Part shown: piece after piece, positions 40,501 to 53,466 of the stretch
Position numbering within the stretch: position 1 is the stretch's first letter
Layout of the letters: the number at the start of each line of letters is the position of its first letter
Source of the DNA: Balanoglossus misakiensis
Lineage: Eukaryota > Animalia > Hemichordata
Direction: 5' to 3'
NCBI GenBank assembly: GCA_040954595.2
Contig: CM082579.2
Location: 1,112,922 to 1,176,921, forward strand
DNA: 64,000 nt
Program-made: the position numbers and the translations under genes
The notes under the pieces: model-generated
What the model saw: only the letters and a program-made list of their open reading frames with translations
The model's database searches: none
Told to the model about the DNA's origin: nothing

Positions 40501-43500
40501 GAGAATATACCCACCTTTGCTGCGTGCAAATGTTTTACAGGACAGACACAAGGAGGATGCGCAACGCTTGGATGGTGTTTGTCAGCATTTCAGACAGTTA
40601 TTCGCAAACACTTCATCCCAGCAGCCGAGTCAGTCAACTTTCTTCCACGGGTATACACTGTCCCATTTCTACACACTAAGAACTTTTTTTCTGTTCACCC
40701 TACCCATGCTATAAACACTCTCCTCAAGTAAATGTAGTAGCTGTTGTTTTTCACTCAAGACTGAATTTTATGGAGTATGTCTTTCATGTTGCAGGTAGCA
40801 TCATAGCCCCAAGACCAGTTTAACAGATATACAAGTCAAAAATTTACGAGTTTCTTTGGTGTATATCCCAAAACAACAAAGTTATCAGCTGACTGCCCTT
40901 GTCTTTCAAGGATGTCACATATAACCCCACGTCTCTATGCATGACTGCACATCATATTTCATTTCCAGTAAACAAAACGCTCAGTATAAACTTAGGAAAT
41001 GGTGGATTAGAGAAGATGAAGGTTATGGAGAAGTTGAGATGAGAAGTTGGCCAGTGTAGATTTCAGAATTATACCTGTATTTCACTTTGACATGTCTACT
41101 GACAGAGCACAACAAAACTGATCCTAACAACTTCTACAACATGCTAAATAAGCTCTATGAAAACAAGATATCTCATTAGCCTTATGTATCAAAATACAAA
41201 TTATGAGGTGGATAAAGTTGAGTGCTTTTGAAGGTTCAACTGCTTCTGAAGGTTCTTGACTTTATCCAAGATACACAATGCGACACAAGTGACCTATTGG
41301 TCGATACAGCTCCACTGTAATACAACATTGAAAAGAGAAATGTTTGTGAAGAATCTGTATCAAATGTCAAAGTTGACTGAGCAGTTGCCCTTACCATTGA
41401 CCTCTTAAAGAGCACAATTTTTGCATAACGTTCTCTAAACAATTTCTACATGGACAGGGAGATAACAAGAGAACCATTACAGACTGAGACACTTATGAAA
41501 ACTATTGGCCAAGCACTACCTCACAGAAAACTGACTTCTAAGTCTGGACTAGAACTTCTTTGTCAAGAGCAACAATGACCAAACTGTAATATGCAATTTG
41601 GCCAACTCTGTAACTAGTCCAACTCAATCAGTGCTAACCCATTAGATTAGATAGCCTTTACAATACTCAAATATCCAGACAGATGATTGAGATGTTCAGC
41701 AATCTAATAGCAATGGGTGAAGTGATAAAATTGACAAAACTTTCCTAAAACCTTACCTTACTCCTTCAGTCAAAATTCGTTATGAACATAGGTAGTATGT
41801 CTCCAATGTAATATTTACCGAGTCTATTCATGCTCATTTTAGAAAAAATCAAATAATGATATGAAAATTACAAAGTTTATTTTGAGAACTAGGTTGCTTG
41901 AAAGAATTCAACAAGATTAGGGTTCACCCTCAGCTAGTAGACTAGAATGCACACAGATGACGTCTATGATCACAAAATGCTGGCTATACAAAACATTTCA
42001 TAGTAACAAGGCATATGATACTTGTAGTTTTGCCGTGTCACTGATCCGAGCATTATCTGTTATAGCCAGATCCATTTTCAACCCTGGTAGGTGGTATGAT
42101 ATTAAATGCCTCACCTACATTTATTACTGCTGACAGAAAACTCAACTACATGCAGTATATTTCACTTGGTGTTGAACATCAAAACATTTGAGGATTATTT
42201 TTTTGACGAAAATTGTCTCCAAAACACAATATTGATGTTTTTCAATATAATTTAATACATGACAATCCTGTGAACAAATGTTCAAAACAATTGGACTTTT
42301 GATTTCTTTACGTTGTTCTAGACAGATATGTACCACAAGAAAATGCTCATTAAATCTTTGGTACAATTCAGTTACCCTTTTATTCTGCCTTACCATGCGA
42401 TCTGTAACAGTGTTAGTGTTACACAGAAGATTGTTCCACACTCTACATAACCTAATGACAAGTTATGCAGTTACCATGATTACACTATGCTTATTTTCAG
42501 TCAACCAGCTGCCTGTTATCAAACAGAGTTGATTTTAATTACGTCAAACAGAAATTTCAGAGCACAATCACGCCACTGCCGTATAGCCTTTTATACCTGG
42601 ACCCTTCCTTCAACCATTACACCAAGTCACACACACACACCTGTTGGCTGTTACATCAGCTGTTAAATATCAGGCTAAGGTTTCATTACAAGACAAGAGT
42701 GCCTGTTAAACAATTGCATTTCAAGTAGAATATATCAACAAAAGTGCAAAAGTGCACATTACCAAAAAGATAAGGAAGAGTTGAATCATAGGTTTTGCTT
42801 CTCAAGATAAACGATACCCAGTTCAAATTATAAATTTATAGTTCTACAGCTCTAAATTATATCATCCATCCCACTCTGCTCCTATTTTGTATTACAGTAA
42901 AACCTGCCTAAACCGAACACCAAAGGGTCTGAAGAGGTTGTTCGGTTTGTAGAGGTGTCCGGTTTACAGAGGTTATTTTAATTAGCATGTGGTTTTATGT
43001 CAAGGTGACAGGAAAATGTGTTCAGATTGTTGTAGTTCAAAAGGGGAAATTCCTTCAGATCAAATCTTGACCCTCCTCCCTAAATGACTGTACAAAACTC
43101 AAATTTGTCCATTTCACACATGTGATTGTGAGGATGGGACCAAGTGGCTTTTCATGTTGACATTCCTCCCTTGTGTGGAAGCACTTTAATAACAAGCTTC
43201 TGCACTTTTACATCAAATGTAGGTTTGAAGCTAAACTATTCAAGATATTCCGACAGTCTGTAATTCTCATCTTAGGCGTGGACTCTTTGAAGACATCAGA
43301 TGGCATGGCATTGCCATTTTGGACTTTCCATGTCACTGCTGATTATCGCCACCACAAAACACATCTGGTGTTGTAATATTTTCATTTAACTGATCCCAGA
43401 GGTAACATAGTTAACTGGAACACACAACCAAGCATAGTTCACATACCTACAGTCCATGTCGGACCTGGTCATGGCTAAAATAATTCTTTGGTGATTAGAT

Positions 43501-46500
43501 TTGTTGTGTGTGTACAATAAATTTTAGCCAGACCTACATTGTAAATCCCCTTCATACCTGGACCAATCAAGTCTGCAACTCATGCGACATATAACATGTT
43601 AACATTTTGTATTTCAAGCCAACTTATTCAACCTACAGGCTACACCTCCACAGGAGTGACATAGGCTGTCTAATGTGAATGCTGTTATACATATCAGTTC
43701 AATGTGGGAGAGCACATCGCAATCCAGTATTTGAACCTAGGGTCATCCCTACATGTACTTTGCTTGTTCATGTTATAGTACAAAGGCTTGTAATGACTCC
43801 CAACAAGAGTGAATTTAAGGCAATAAACACAAGACTCTTGTCTTCTTTTACACAAAACCATTAATTATAGTCCCAAACCATTAAAACCTTAACCAGAAAC
43901 CAACATGACATAAAAATCTGGCAAATATCTTCATCAAGGGAGAATGTAGAGGAAAGTTGAAGGACACTGTTAACCGAAGGTCCATAACCTTATAATTGGC
44001 TTTCCTTGTGGAATTCTGATCCCCCCCCCCCAAGAATGGATGACCCCACTTGAACTTGCCGACTTCCTACTGGAGGATGGCTACTGGAAAAGTTTCAACA
44101 AGACTTAATTGCACTTGCATAATATTGTAAGGTTGTCTACAGATTTGACTTTCAGTATGTAGAAATAATGTGTCCTTGTTTTATCAGATGTTATCAGATC
44201 GAGACATAAGTAAAAGAGGGATTTGCTGCTGATATGTTAATTACTGGTGTTAAAATACATCTAAAGGTATATATTGCAGATTTTTGTTCACTTTTACAAC
44301 TGGGCATTTCAAATTCTGTTGATTTTCCATTAGAGAGTCAACACACAAACCATGGAATGTGTCGGGAGTCATGTGTATGTGAAAAAGTATATCCTTGTGT
44401 CTCTATGCAGACAGGCCATTATTTTGTCTTCAGGCTGGCTGGCTCTACTCATGTACTTGACTGTCACCTTGTCTGGCATAATGGGGCCAGTACCGGATGG
44501 GTACTCAGTTGATTGAGGAAGCTCTCTGTTACTTGTTGTGTCCAATTGAAGATTTTTGTACGGCTAGATGATCGTCTATCACCTCCATAACTGTCCCACT
44601 GACACTAACAGATTTCTCAGACAACTACATTCATGTACAATTCATGCTTTCTATTTGTTGGGGATTCCATTTAAAGCCCCAGTATTTCTCGTGTGCATCC
44701 ATTTTTCATCATCGAAAAAAGCCCGTTTTTCCAGTACATCCATCATGGAATACTATATAATGAAGATGTAAGAAAGGTTTGGGCAATTGTAGCTACATGC
44801 AAGCCGAAAATATCGCCCGTAACACTTGAAATGATGCGCGGGTTTGTTTACAACGGAAATGTTGTACATGTCGATCAGCAAACGTGCCACTTTGACATTT
44901 TGATGGTCAGACCATTTTCGGATTTGATCTGGTTCCATCGACTGATTTCTCCCATAAAGTTATCTTCCCAAAATTTCGCCGAATTAGTGCGCATTTCTTC
45001 GCTGAGTCGCTTGATTTGGGGCGACCAAACCTCTTCCGCATAGATTCACATTTGAGTGCGCATGCGCACTAGTCACGTGTGTCAACATTAGCCTGACTCA
45101 CGTGACTTTCTGTCCGGACAGAAAGTCATTCTTCACTCGTTATATTGTAAATTGTATGAGTTTATCAGCAGAGCTGGGGATGATGACTGTTCGATTCAGT
45201 ATCAATTATCATCTACTTTTAGAAATTATAGATGCCGTTTCAAACAAAATTTTGCCCCTACGAGAAATACTGTGGCTTTAAGTAATGTTTATGGCTTTGT
45301 CACTGAAATAAGCAGATAGGCTCAACTTGGCTGTGCATGGCCAAATTTGTGTGCATTCAAGACACCTTGCATAGAAACGGAAATGCGTCTGAAAAGAATG
45401 TTCAGGGTTCTTTGACATAATCTTGTTATAAATCTCAATTGGGCTACTGAAACAAATGAAAGACAAGTTGCCTTTCAGAAAAAGTGGGTACACTAGCTTA
45501 ATGTCTAGACAAATTCGATATTGAACAATAACAGTGATAAATGTACACATGAGTTCTGAGGATAAGCTAAACAAAGGGTATTTTATCACATTCTTCTAAT
45601 TGAAATATTGAACTGTCAGTGGTTGGAGGTGTACTGTGGTATTCTCATCTATATATCCCATATATTAATATTTCTGGGACAAATGCCAGAAATGATAGCT
45701 TTGTAGTACTTTGATATTAGCAGGGCAGAAATCAAGCTCTTATTTTCTTCGAGTTGATCTGTAGGATTCAATTATGCAGAACAAGGCAACTTCTAACACA
45801 AAACAACAATAGCTATGGATGTCCAAGAGAGTCATTTGTTGTCCCTTTAACCAGAGCATGCCAAGACACATGGTGGACAGGAACACTCCCAAGGTTGATG
45901 TCAACAACTTCGATTCATGTGCAGCCAACTGAGGAAGAAGCTGTCAATGAAACTCAACACCAATGCTATGAGGAGTAACCGCATGTTTATTTGAGTGTCT
46001 TGAGCACTGCGCCGACTAGACTGTCGTCGGGAGACAGTCACAAACTTTGTCCATGTAAGCCATGACTCAAGCCTCATAACTCAATTCCCTTTTGACTTTT
46101 GAGCAGTGTATCTTCAAATGCAGTCAAAGTAAAACTTTCATGTACCCACGAACATTAATCCTAGATCTATTACAAAATACTCTCGGACTTTCACCATGCA
46201 ATGTGTCAACCAGAGACTCTGGTCACAAAAGACTGACCACTATAGAAAACTTTTGGAGACAGATGGATGGATAGACTAACACATACAGCCTGACTAATGA
46301 TATTGGCCCTTTAATGAGTGTGCAGCCTTATGAGTTCATTTGAATTGTATATCTGTATATATGTTACACCTGTATTCTTGGAGTTATTACTTAGTCAATA
46401 ATTCATGCGAACACCTTTCTAGTAATGAGAGAACTTACATTATGTTTGTTGATCTAAATAATATATGCAAACCACCTGGATGTTTCATTTGACCAATTAA

Positions 46501-49500
46501 CACATACTAATGTGGCACCACAATTGGTGATTTACATGTAAAAGACCCCATGCATAAATTAAGTCAGTTCACCTCTGTAGCCAGACCGGCCACATGTATG
46601 AACTGACGATGTCTCTGTTCAATTTCAGGTTAGTTTTCCTTGTACCTTACCTGTTGCTTGAAGCTTGTATTTTGGTGCATTTTATTGACTTATTCCAGCA
46701 CAAGTAATTGGTGTCTTGAACTTACTTCAGCATATGGAAGCGAAAAATTAATTACATCCAACTCTTAGTATCTGCTTGACAAACGGCTGTAATAACCAAC
46801 TGAGAAGGTATCTCTATAAAAAAGGCTGACATTTAATTTTCTTCTTTACATGTTCATCGGCCTGAGGACATCGAGAACTTCATTTTACAAGTCATCGTCA
46901 ATGACCAAGTCCCCAGATGTCAATGTGGAACACGGCTACTACTTGCATGTCTGCAAAATGGTTTTGGAAACTATTCGCCTCGTGGTACATGTATGATGTC
47001 AGTGAGTGAATAACATCAATTTAAATATGTTTGAGAAATAGGTCTGGACATAAAAAGTCATACAAAGTGGCTACTTGTACCAGGGATAGGGCAGGGTTTT
47101 TTTAGGATAAGAAAAATTTATGTGGTCATACTGACCTCTTAGGTTGCAGCTAGGGGTCAAGGATGGGAAATCAGTTACAAGATACTCTTTGAGCACTCTT
47201 TTCTGATAACATTTTGCCAGAAAGCCATTTCAGGTTATTCTATACAAAAGATAAGTCAACCACAAGGGTACTTTTATCATGATTTAATGAGAAAATGCTC
47301 ACCCAGTTCAAAATTTCTAATATTTGATCAACATAACCGGATATGGCATACTTGCCTTTTGTTTGGAATCAACCAATCAAAAGACAAGAACCAGACACAC
47401 CCCTAATTGGGGGTGGGGGGGGGGGGTTCCAGTTCTAAGACTGCTTGTTTAGTTGTGTGCTCAAAGAAAAACCTGTTTCTCTGTACTGTAATGGTCTTCT
47501 GGGTATTGTTGAGTATTTTTCAAAATATTTAACAACTACAAAAAGAACTGCACACAAGCTATTCATGACATATGGCACCTCAACAGTTTCCAAACAGCAA
47601 ATGAGTTGATCAACCATGGATGACTTTATACTTTGTTTTCATTCTACCACCACACTGCTGGAGAGCTACTGCACTGTGTGGGTTAATAGTAGCATGTTCA
47701 CTGTGCTATGAAATGAAGGTTGCAGGGTTTACTTAGAGCACTGCAGACCACACACATGATCTGGGGGCCTATATAACTTTTCAGAAATCAAAAAGGTGGA
47801 ACCTATAAGTATTAAATCAGGTGTTTGCAACAACCCACCTCACCTGGAGTAGAGTAATATACTATAATAGAATGAACATGGTAATAAGACAGGAATCTTT
47901 TCGTAAAAATGGTAAAAACTGTAAAATGTCGGTTTAATGCGCCCTCTTCAGTTCAAGTGTATACGGACAAGCATTGTCCAGTAAGCAAGATGGCACAAGG
48001 ATCTGATAACGTTGCTTAGCTCATTGGTATGGCAACAACACTGTCACAAATCTGAGCCATTCCAGCACATGGTGAATGCTTCAGACGCAACTTTCTATGC
48101 CGGTCTCAAACCTAGAATGTTTCAGAACTACCTTAATGGGCTGTGTCTGAACACTCTTGGGGTTCACCCATGACCAATGTAACTTTGCTTAAGGTGGATT
48201 TGGAAACAAACGCATACCTTCTGAAAGCATGTCCACATACTTCTCGCCTTGTGATCACATGCAATCCACTTTCATTTATGAGCATTTCTTTTATTCAACC
48301 AGATACTGTTCATCTCACCGGACTCCCCCTAACTAACAGAGTTGATTAGAGAGAGCATCCACCATTAAACAAGCTGAGTTTATCAAGACCCATAACGATA
48401 GTTTAATTAATTAATTAAATGCTCCATTAATTAATGACTTTATACACAGCTTCCTTACTGAGAAGCAGAGAACATCAAACAAATGACCCCCACTGTATTC
48501 CCCTCATAAAATTACCAGACTATCTCCTGTGAAGTAATCTCTCAGTCTAGTTGCATCCCCTACGGCAAATGTGCAACCTGTTAGTTTTCTCTTAACTCCA
48601 CTCATGAAGTGACCTTTGTTTTGCTTTCTTTGGTGATGAGAAATGTACCCTCTTAAAGATATTGAAAGGATGACACGCCACCTTTACAAGTTTGTCTTTG
48701 AAGTCATAATTATGTTTGCCTAGTGTTTTCCCAACAACAATCTCTCCTACAGACTGCAACAGGATACCGTTTACATTTAAAGGTTTCTTCTATAGACGTG
48801 CACATGCATGACATTGCCAGTGGAACCTTTCTTTCAAGACTCCGAAACTCAATATCTGTGAAAAACCAACACTAAAAGACATAAACATGCAAAGATACAC
48901 AAAACAACAAAACCACTTTAGGAACATTTCCTCAGGATAATGTTTACAGTTGCCACAAGAGTAGGTTGTAGTATTTAATATGTCACTCCGAAAATCCCAA
49001 CCATGTACATTTATTTCACTAGTTAGAAGACCCCTTTCTGAAGAACAATGCAAGCTGAGTTTTGTTTGACCAGCAACAAATCCTTGACACCAATGCTATG
49101 GTCAAGTATCAATGTTGAACCTGGCCTTTTGAATCAGAGATCTCTCTCAGCCACCCATGCATGTTGCCTGCACCAGTTAGTACAGTGAATCCAATGCCAC
49201 TTTTCTCATCAAAGGCAATGTAAGAATCACCATAAACTATGCATTTTCAGAAAGCAAAGTCTCTTAACTTTAGTTCATAAAATATCGGTTCTGTGCACAG
49301 ACTCTTGTGACACACTGAGATGAGTTGACCACTGCTGAAAGTTTAAAATAAGTATTTTTTATCTTGAACAAAAAAGAAATACACGTAGTAACCTTTCTGG
49401 AGAATTTCGACAGCCAAGATTATTTCCCTTAATAAGAGTTTATATGAGACAAACCAACTTGCGTGTGTAAAAAGTGAAATTTGGCAACAATCGCCATTAA

Positions 49501-52500
49501 TTTAAAGTGCATCAACCCTTATTGAAGAAGCCTGAAGGTGCTTGTATATGCTTGCATGTGTCACCAGTGACCACCATACAAAAGTCCTCGTAAACATCCC
49601 ATTTTCTTTAGCCATCTCTGGCCTTGCATTCTTCACAGTTTTACCTGTCCTTATTTGTTTTGTCTGTTGCTTGGGTGAGATGTTGGTCAATAACCAGGTT
49701 TAACCCTTTCACCACCATGGTTTGGTCCAAATCCATTGTGTTCTATGGTAAGTTGGACCTCTTTAAAAGGAAATGGGGTTGACACTGAATGTTTAAATTG
49801 GTGCAATGTGTGTTCACAGTTCTGTCACAATGCAAAGGAGATATCAACAGAAGATGGGTCAGTGCTGAAGGTTTTGGTAATGTACCTTTATTAGTGTGAG
49901 TTAAGATTCATGAAATCTTTTCTGCCTCTGCAAAAACTCTGTCAGTTCTACCAGGTCTGAACATGACAAATGAGAGTGCTACTGTTGACAGCAACAGACA
50001 ATCCCATGAAAAAGCCTAGAACCCACTCTACTGATGTCTCGCTTGAGTAAAGGGAAGGTTATTCCACGGTGGTTGACACACTCAAAAAGTCAAACAAAGT
50101 TCTTTTGACTTTCCAGTTTTGACTTTCTAAGATTTTTCTAGTGATTTTCCAAGGGTTTATGAGATCAACAATACTATTTTCAATGAATAATTGTGTAGTT
50201 GTTCACATATGCAAGTGGCTAAATCAATTTACCAAGACTTTCCAGGGGTAATTTTCATTTTTTTTCAAAGACCTTATAGACTTAGAAGACTTTTAAATAC
50301 AATGATTTTCCAGAATTTTCCAGGAGTACACAGCATAATCATACTGTGTTCTCCCCAGAAATATCTGATCCCACATCATCTACTTTGAATAATAATAAAT
50401 AGTCGTTGACTTGTTATAATACTTTTTATTGTTTTCCAAAATTACATGTAAGAGTATTGGCTGAAACACTTTTATTGTTCTGGGTTGAATACTTATATCA
50501 TGTACATCATATCAACACCAGATTAGACAGGAAAAATATTGTTTGTTGACTGTTCTCAGGTAATGACCCTATAAACCTCACAAAGCTATAGAACTGTTCA
50601 GGATGACATCTGTGAACAAATACCTGGAAGATTTCTCATGCCAAATCAAGCATTGAACACAACAAACTTAACTTAACCTGCATCATTTTTTTTTTGCTCA
50701 TTATCCCCAAGGAGCTTGAGGTATACGTCCCACCAAATGTGAAAGTTAAACCCATTGAAGTTGAGCCACCAATGATATCTTTTGAGTAAATGCATACAGT
50801 GAATGTAGCTGGCACTAAAGTTGGTCCACTCTGTCATACGGTCTGCCCATGGAGGTCTGTGTTACCTCCATGGTCTGCCAAACAATATAAACACCTGGCT
50901 GTGAGTTTTATGCATACCTTTCTGGAGGCAAAGTGACAAGACATATTTCTTTACTGACAAAGGCAGGTATTTCTCAATGCAAGTCGCTGCCTTTAAAGTT
51001 TCTAGAGAGTTAATGAGCTGAACAGGTGCCAGGGTTAAAGGTCATGACCTGAATGAAGGTCAGGGTACTGATGAGAGTATGGTGTACATTGCCCACCAAA
51101 GCAGTCTTACTCTGCCTGTTTATGGAATCTGTCATCTTGTATATACAATAACATACAATACTTACCTTACCAGCACTGAGCAGTGAAGCCTCCCCCCCCC
51201 CCCCTCACCAAATTTATTTTTGAGGAAATTATGTTTTTCATTAATTCTACACCTATTTCTCAACTTATTAAACCTTTTCTAACATTAATCTGGAAGTTCT
51301 CTATGCATACTTCAACCCATGAAGAGTGATTTTAAAGATTTTAAAGGTATGTGCAGGAGTGCCAGTTTCCTATCCTGTATCTTGTATGTCAACACAGGAT
51401 AATGTACCTCATAGTCATACACACATGACCAAACTGAAACTGAAACATTCTTGAAATGTTAAGGATGTACGCGCACTTTGAGCGTGTGGAATGTGTCTCT
51501 TCCCATTGGATTTTATTGAGAATTGAATTCAGTGGTGGTTGAATGAAATCATAAAGTCATCATGCATAGTTTGGAGATGAACCTTGTTGAGTGTTTGTGC
51601 CCATAAACAAACCATTGGTGAAAAAAAGGCTGACTCGGCAGTTTTTTTCCCCACTATCAACTTAATTTACAGCCTTGTACTTAAAAAACAAGCATATAAA
51701 CCCCATAGTACAGATTTTCATTATACTTACAAAAAAGAATGAAAATTTCTTTATTAATACAAGAAATAACAAATCAATTTTACACAACGTACATCATTAA
51801 ATAAGAACATGGTTTATCCCGAATAACCAAACCCAAAACTAGCTAAGCACATACATAAAAATCAGCCAGACTGAACTTCTCATAAATACACTGTTTAATA
51901 CCATTTTAGACACCATCATGCATATACTGTAAAACGGGAAATTTTCGCGACAGGAAATTTTTCACGTTCTCATCGTTATCTCCGAAAAACAGTCTTACGT
52001 GACTTAATTTTCGCGTTCTGTTGGCTGTCTCACAGTTCGCGAAAATTTATCGTTTGCGAAAATTTCCCATTTTACAGTATATTTCTGTTGACGTCATACT
52101 CATACAGTTGATAATGATTTTCCAATACACTTTCCAAACACATTTTATTCCCAATTGGTTTCCGTTTCTGCTCCCTTAGCTGCAATAATTGTGTACCTTT
52201 TTTTTGCGGGGGTGGGGGGGGGGGGGTGAGCTGATTACGCCCCCCTTGCCCAAACGGTACAGCTGCGTACCACAGCTACAATAATTGTAGCCTGTGTGGT
52301 GGCTTCTTTGTCATTGGCCGTTACAGTTGTGTCGCCCCCCCAGGGACTGCAACATATACCTTGTATTTTCCTCCATTGTTTTTCTAATATGTGTATGCTA
52401 ATTTGTATGAAGACTTGGCATTGTGTTATGTAAACAAACAACACACGTGACACATGTAAGTTTCGGACAGCGGATCGGACATTTCGATTGACCTCAGTAT

Positions 52501-53056
52501 AAAGCGTTAAATATAAAATGGAACTTGTGAATCCAAAACGCACTTTTGCCTGTTGTGTGGAGAGCGTAACACTGTTCGAAAACTATGACAGGTGTACCGG
52601 TATATAAAGAGCGTGCAATCGTTCGTAGCAAAAATTTAACATATGACCATGAACAGATGACACAGTTTGTTTCTGGTGCCTGCTGAACACCTGAATAAGG
52701 CGACTGAAATCATTTTAATGCGCGCGAGACTATTACGTCGAGTTATCATTTCATAACGAGAATACATATCGCTCCGTGGGCCCAGAAGCCCTTTGTTTAT
52801 ATATAATTATATAAAGTTGTATGGCATTTCACAAGCCACCTACCTTCTCCTTGGCTATGACTGCGGGTAGAAATGGTGGGTTTCGAGCAACATCACGGCA
52901 GACATAGAGTACCAACGTTCCTGCAGTTACACATACACTGCCTACACCTAAAGCTGTAAGTTTCAAAGCTCTCCGTTTCACAAATCCTGACGACAGTTTC
53001 CTAAATTGTCCTGACGACCGAATGATATTAAAGATAGTTCTCCCAGGTGCCGCCAT
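16585..53056 (-). CDS. MICU3: Mitochondrial calcium uptake protein 2/3 (MICU3-like), ~415 aa, 13 exons
   Basis: Exons: 53056-52844, 29415-29274, 27843-27733, 22048-22001, 21759-21677, 21482-21438, 18665-18577, 18372-18333, 18142-18005, 17379-17271, 17173-17084, 16937-16870, 16656-16585 (1248 nt). Basic mitochondrial presequence; IYMTPQDFLESV, GIISYTEYLFLLCILTKP, EF-hands AFNMFDRDGNQKVDRKEF and IFDKDGDGKLSYKEF, FMDNLQAEVLELEF, C-terminal WKACVK. Confidence 0.92.
18143..18332 (-). other. U12-type (minor spliceosome) AT-AC intron in MICU, 190 nt
   Basis: 5' site GAA|ATATCCTTTT, branch TTCTTTGAC (18161-18153), 3' end AGAAGCAC|TTC. Removal joins VLELE|FLQYSKGM, colinear with MICU2/3. Confidence 0.9.
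20188..20232 (-). other. Candidate frame-preserving cassette exon in MICU (45 nt VGSDLSFLKFQFRRQ, or 12-nt microexon FRRQ at 20199-20188)
   Basis: Two in-frame acceptors (cttccaag|, aatttcag|) after a long poly-T tract, and donor CAG|GTATCT. Phase 0/0, inside a phase-0 intron. Confidence 0.4.
22844..22859 (-). promoter_or_regulatory. CTCF-like motif in a MICU intron
   Basis: Minus strand AACGCTAGGGGGCGCT, close to the CTCF consensus. Its CpGs are retained in an otherwise CpG-poor region. Confidence 0.4.
24933..25012. repeat. Tandem repeat, 28 bp x ~3
   Basis: tttg(t/c)agtaaatgtacaacttcag units start at 24933, 24961 and 24989. Confidence 0.9.
28586..28640. repeat. Tandem duplication, 27 bp x 2
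   Basis: cacaaacataggcctgaaggttgtaac / cacaaacacagccccgaaggttgtaac. Confidence 0.75.
31495..31810. repeat. Degenerate ~45-bp minisatellite, about 6 copies
   Basis: Recurring tgtaga(c/t)ttcactggtca...tgacttt...gccagacagtg. Confidence 0.65.
33240..33296. repeat. (CA)n microsatellite with imperfect flanks
   Basis: gcacacacacacacacacacatacatacata. Confidence 0.85.
35078..35142. repeat. Near-perfect 65-bp palindrome
   Basis: AATTTAAGGCTATTCAGGGACACTTTCAAAAC-A-GTTTGGAAAGTGTCCCTGAATAGCATTAAATT: 32-bp arms, 2 mismatches. Confidence 0.9.
42893..42972 (+). mobile_element. One end of a pogo/Tigger-like MITE
   Basis: TA-CAGTAAAACCTGCCTAAACCGAACACC...GTTCGGTTT...GTCCGGTTTACAGAGG, with CAGT terminus and internal inverted subrepeats. 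No partner end found. Confidence 0.45.
44675..45277. mobile_element. Non-autonomous DNA transposon (~600 bp), TTAA target duplication, Kolobok-like
   Basis: ttaa-AGCCCCAGTATTTCTCGT ... ACGAGAAATACTGTGGCT-ttaa: 18-bp TIRs with 1 mismatch. CpG-rich interior in a CpG-poor intron. Confidence 0.75.
49700..49780. mobile_element. Second, degenerate copy of the TTAA/CCCTT MITE
   Basis: ttaaccctttcaccaccatggtttggtccaaatcc...ggaaatggggtt, similar to 8540-8630. Confidence 0.5.
51927..52077. mobile_element. MITE, 151 bp, TA target duplication (Tc1/mariner-like)
   Basis: ta-CTGTAAAACGGGAAATTTTCGC ... GCGAAAATTTCCCATTTTACAG-ta: ~22-bp TIRs with 1 mismatch. A decayed related right end lies at ~18480-18558. 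Confidence 0.8.
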
Positions 53057-53088
53057 CTTGTTTCGTTCGGACTTGCCTGCGCATGCCC
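53049..53088 (-). promoter_or_regulatory. MICU proximal promoter: YY1 motif over the start codon and an NRF1-like motif
   Basis: CAAGATGGCGGC (minus strand) overlaps the ATG at 53056. TGCGCATGCCC at 53078-53088 is an imperfect NRF1 site. Both motifs are common at nuclear-encoded mitochondrial genes. Confidence 0.45.
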
Positions 53089-53379
53089 ACGCATCTCTAC
53101 GCCCTGTCCGTGTTGACCCTATTGTGTGCTTTGTTTGTCAAATAAACCTGTTACCTACTTGCTGTGATCAAGTCCTGCCCTGTTCGAGTGGGATGTACGC
53201 GATAATAAACTGAATAATTTAGGTAGCAATCCCTGAAAGCTGTGTAAATAACAGTTATTCTTAGAACGAGACATTTTGTCATTCTGAAATCAACATTTTA
53301 TTAATAGTTATGTTGCTTTCATGCACACGAAGAAATCAGTGTCTTGAACGAACCATGAAGTTACTACTTTCATCTGAGT

Positions 53380-53466
53380 AAAAAAAACCTAGGGGCTTCT
53401 CCGGGTCTCGAACCCACACACCTCCGTTTAGATCGAAGGTACCCCTTCCCACTAAGCCACGACGCC
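53380..53466 (-). pseudogene. tRNA-like Pol III element (tRNA pseudogene or tRNA-derived SINE head)
   Basis: GGCGTCGTGGCTTAGTGG (A box) ... GGGTTCGAGACCC (B box) ... AGAAGCCC, then a T8 terminator. ~74 nt body; acceptor and D stems pair poorly. Confidence 0.65.

Noticed and set aside
30000-52000. Many 60-120 aa ORFs in MICU intron 1 as nested genes or retroelement remnants
   Set aside because: No recognisable domain (RT, transposase or other) and no coherent exon chain; consistent with random ORFs.
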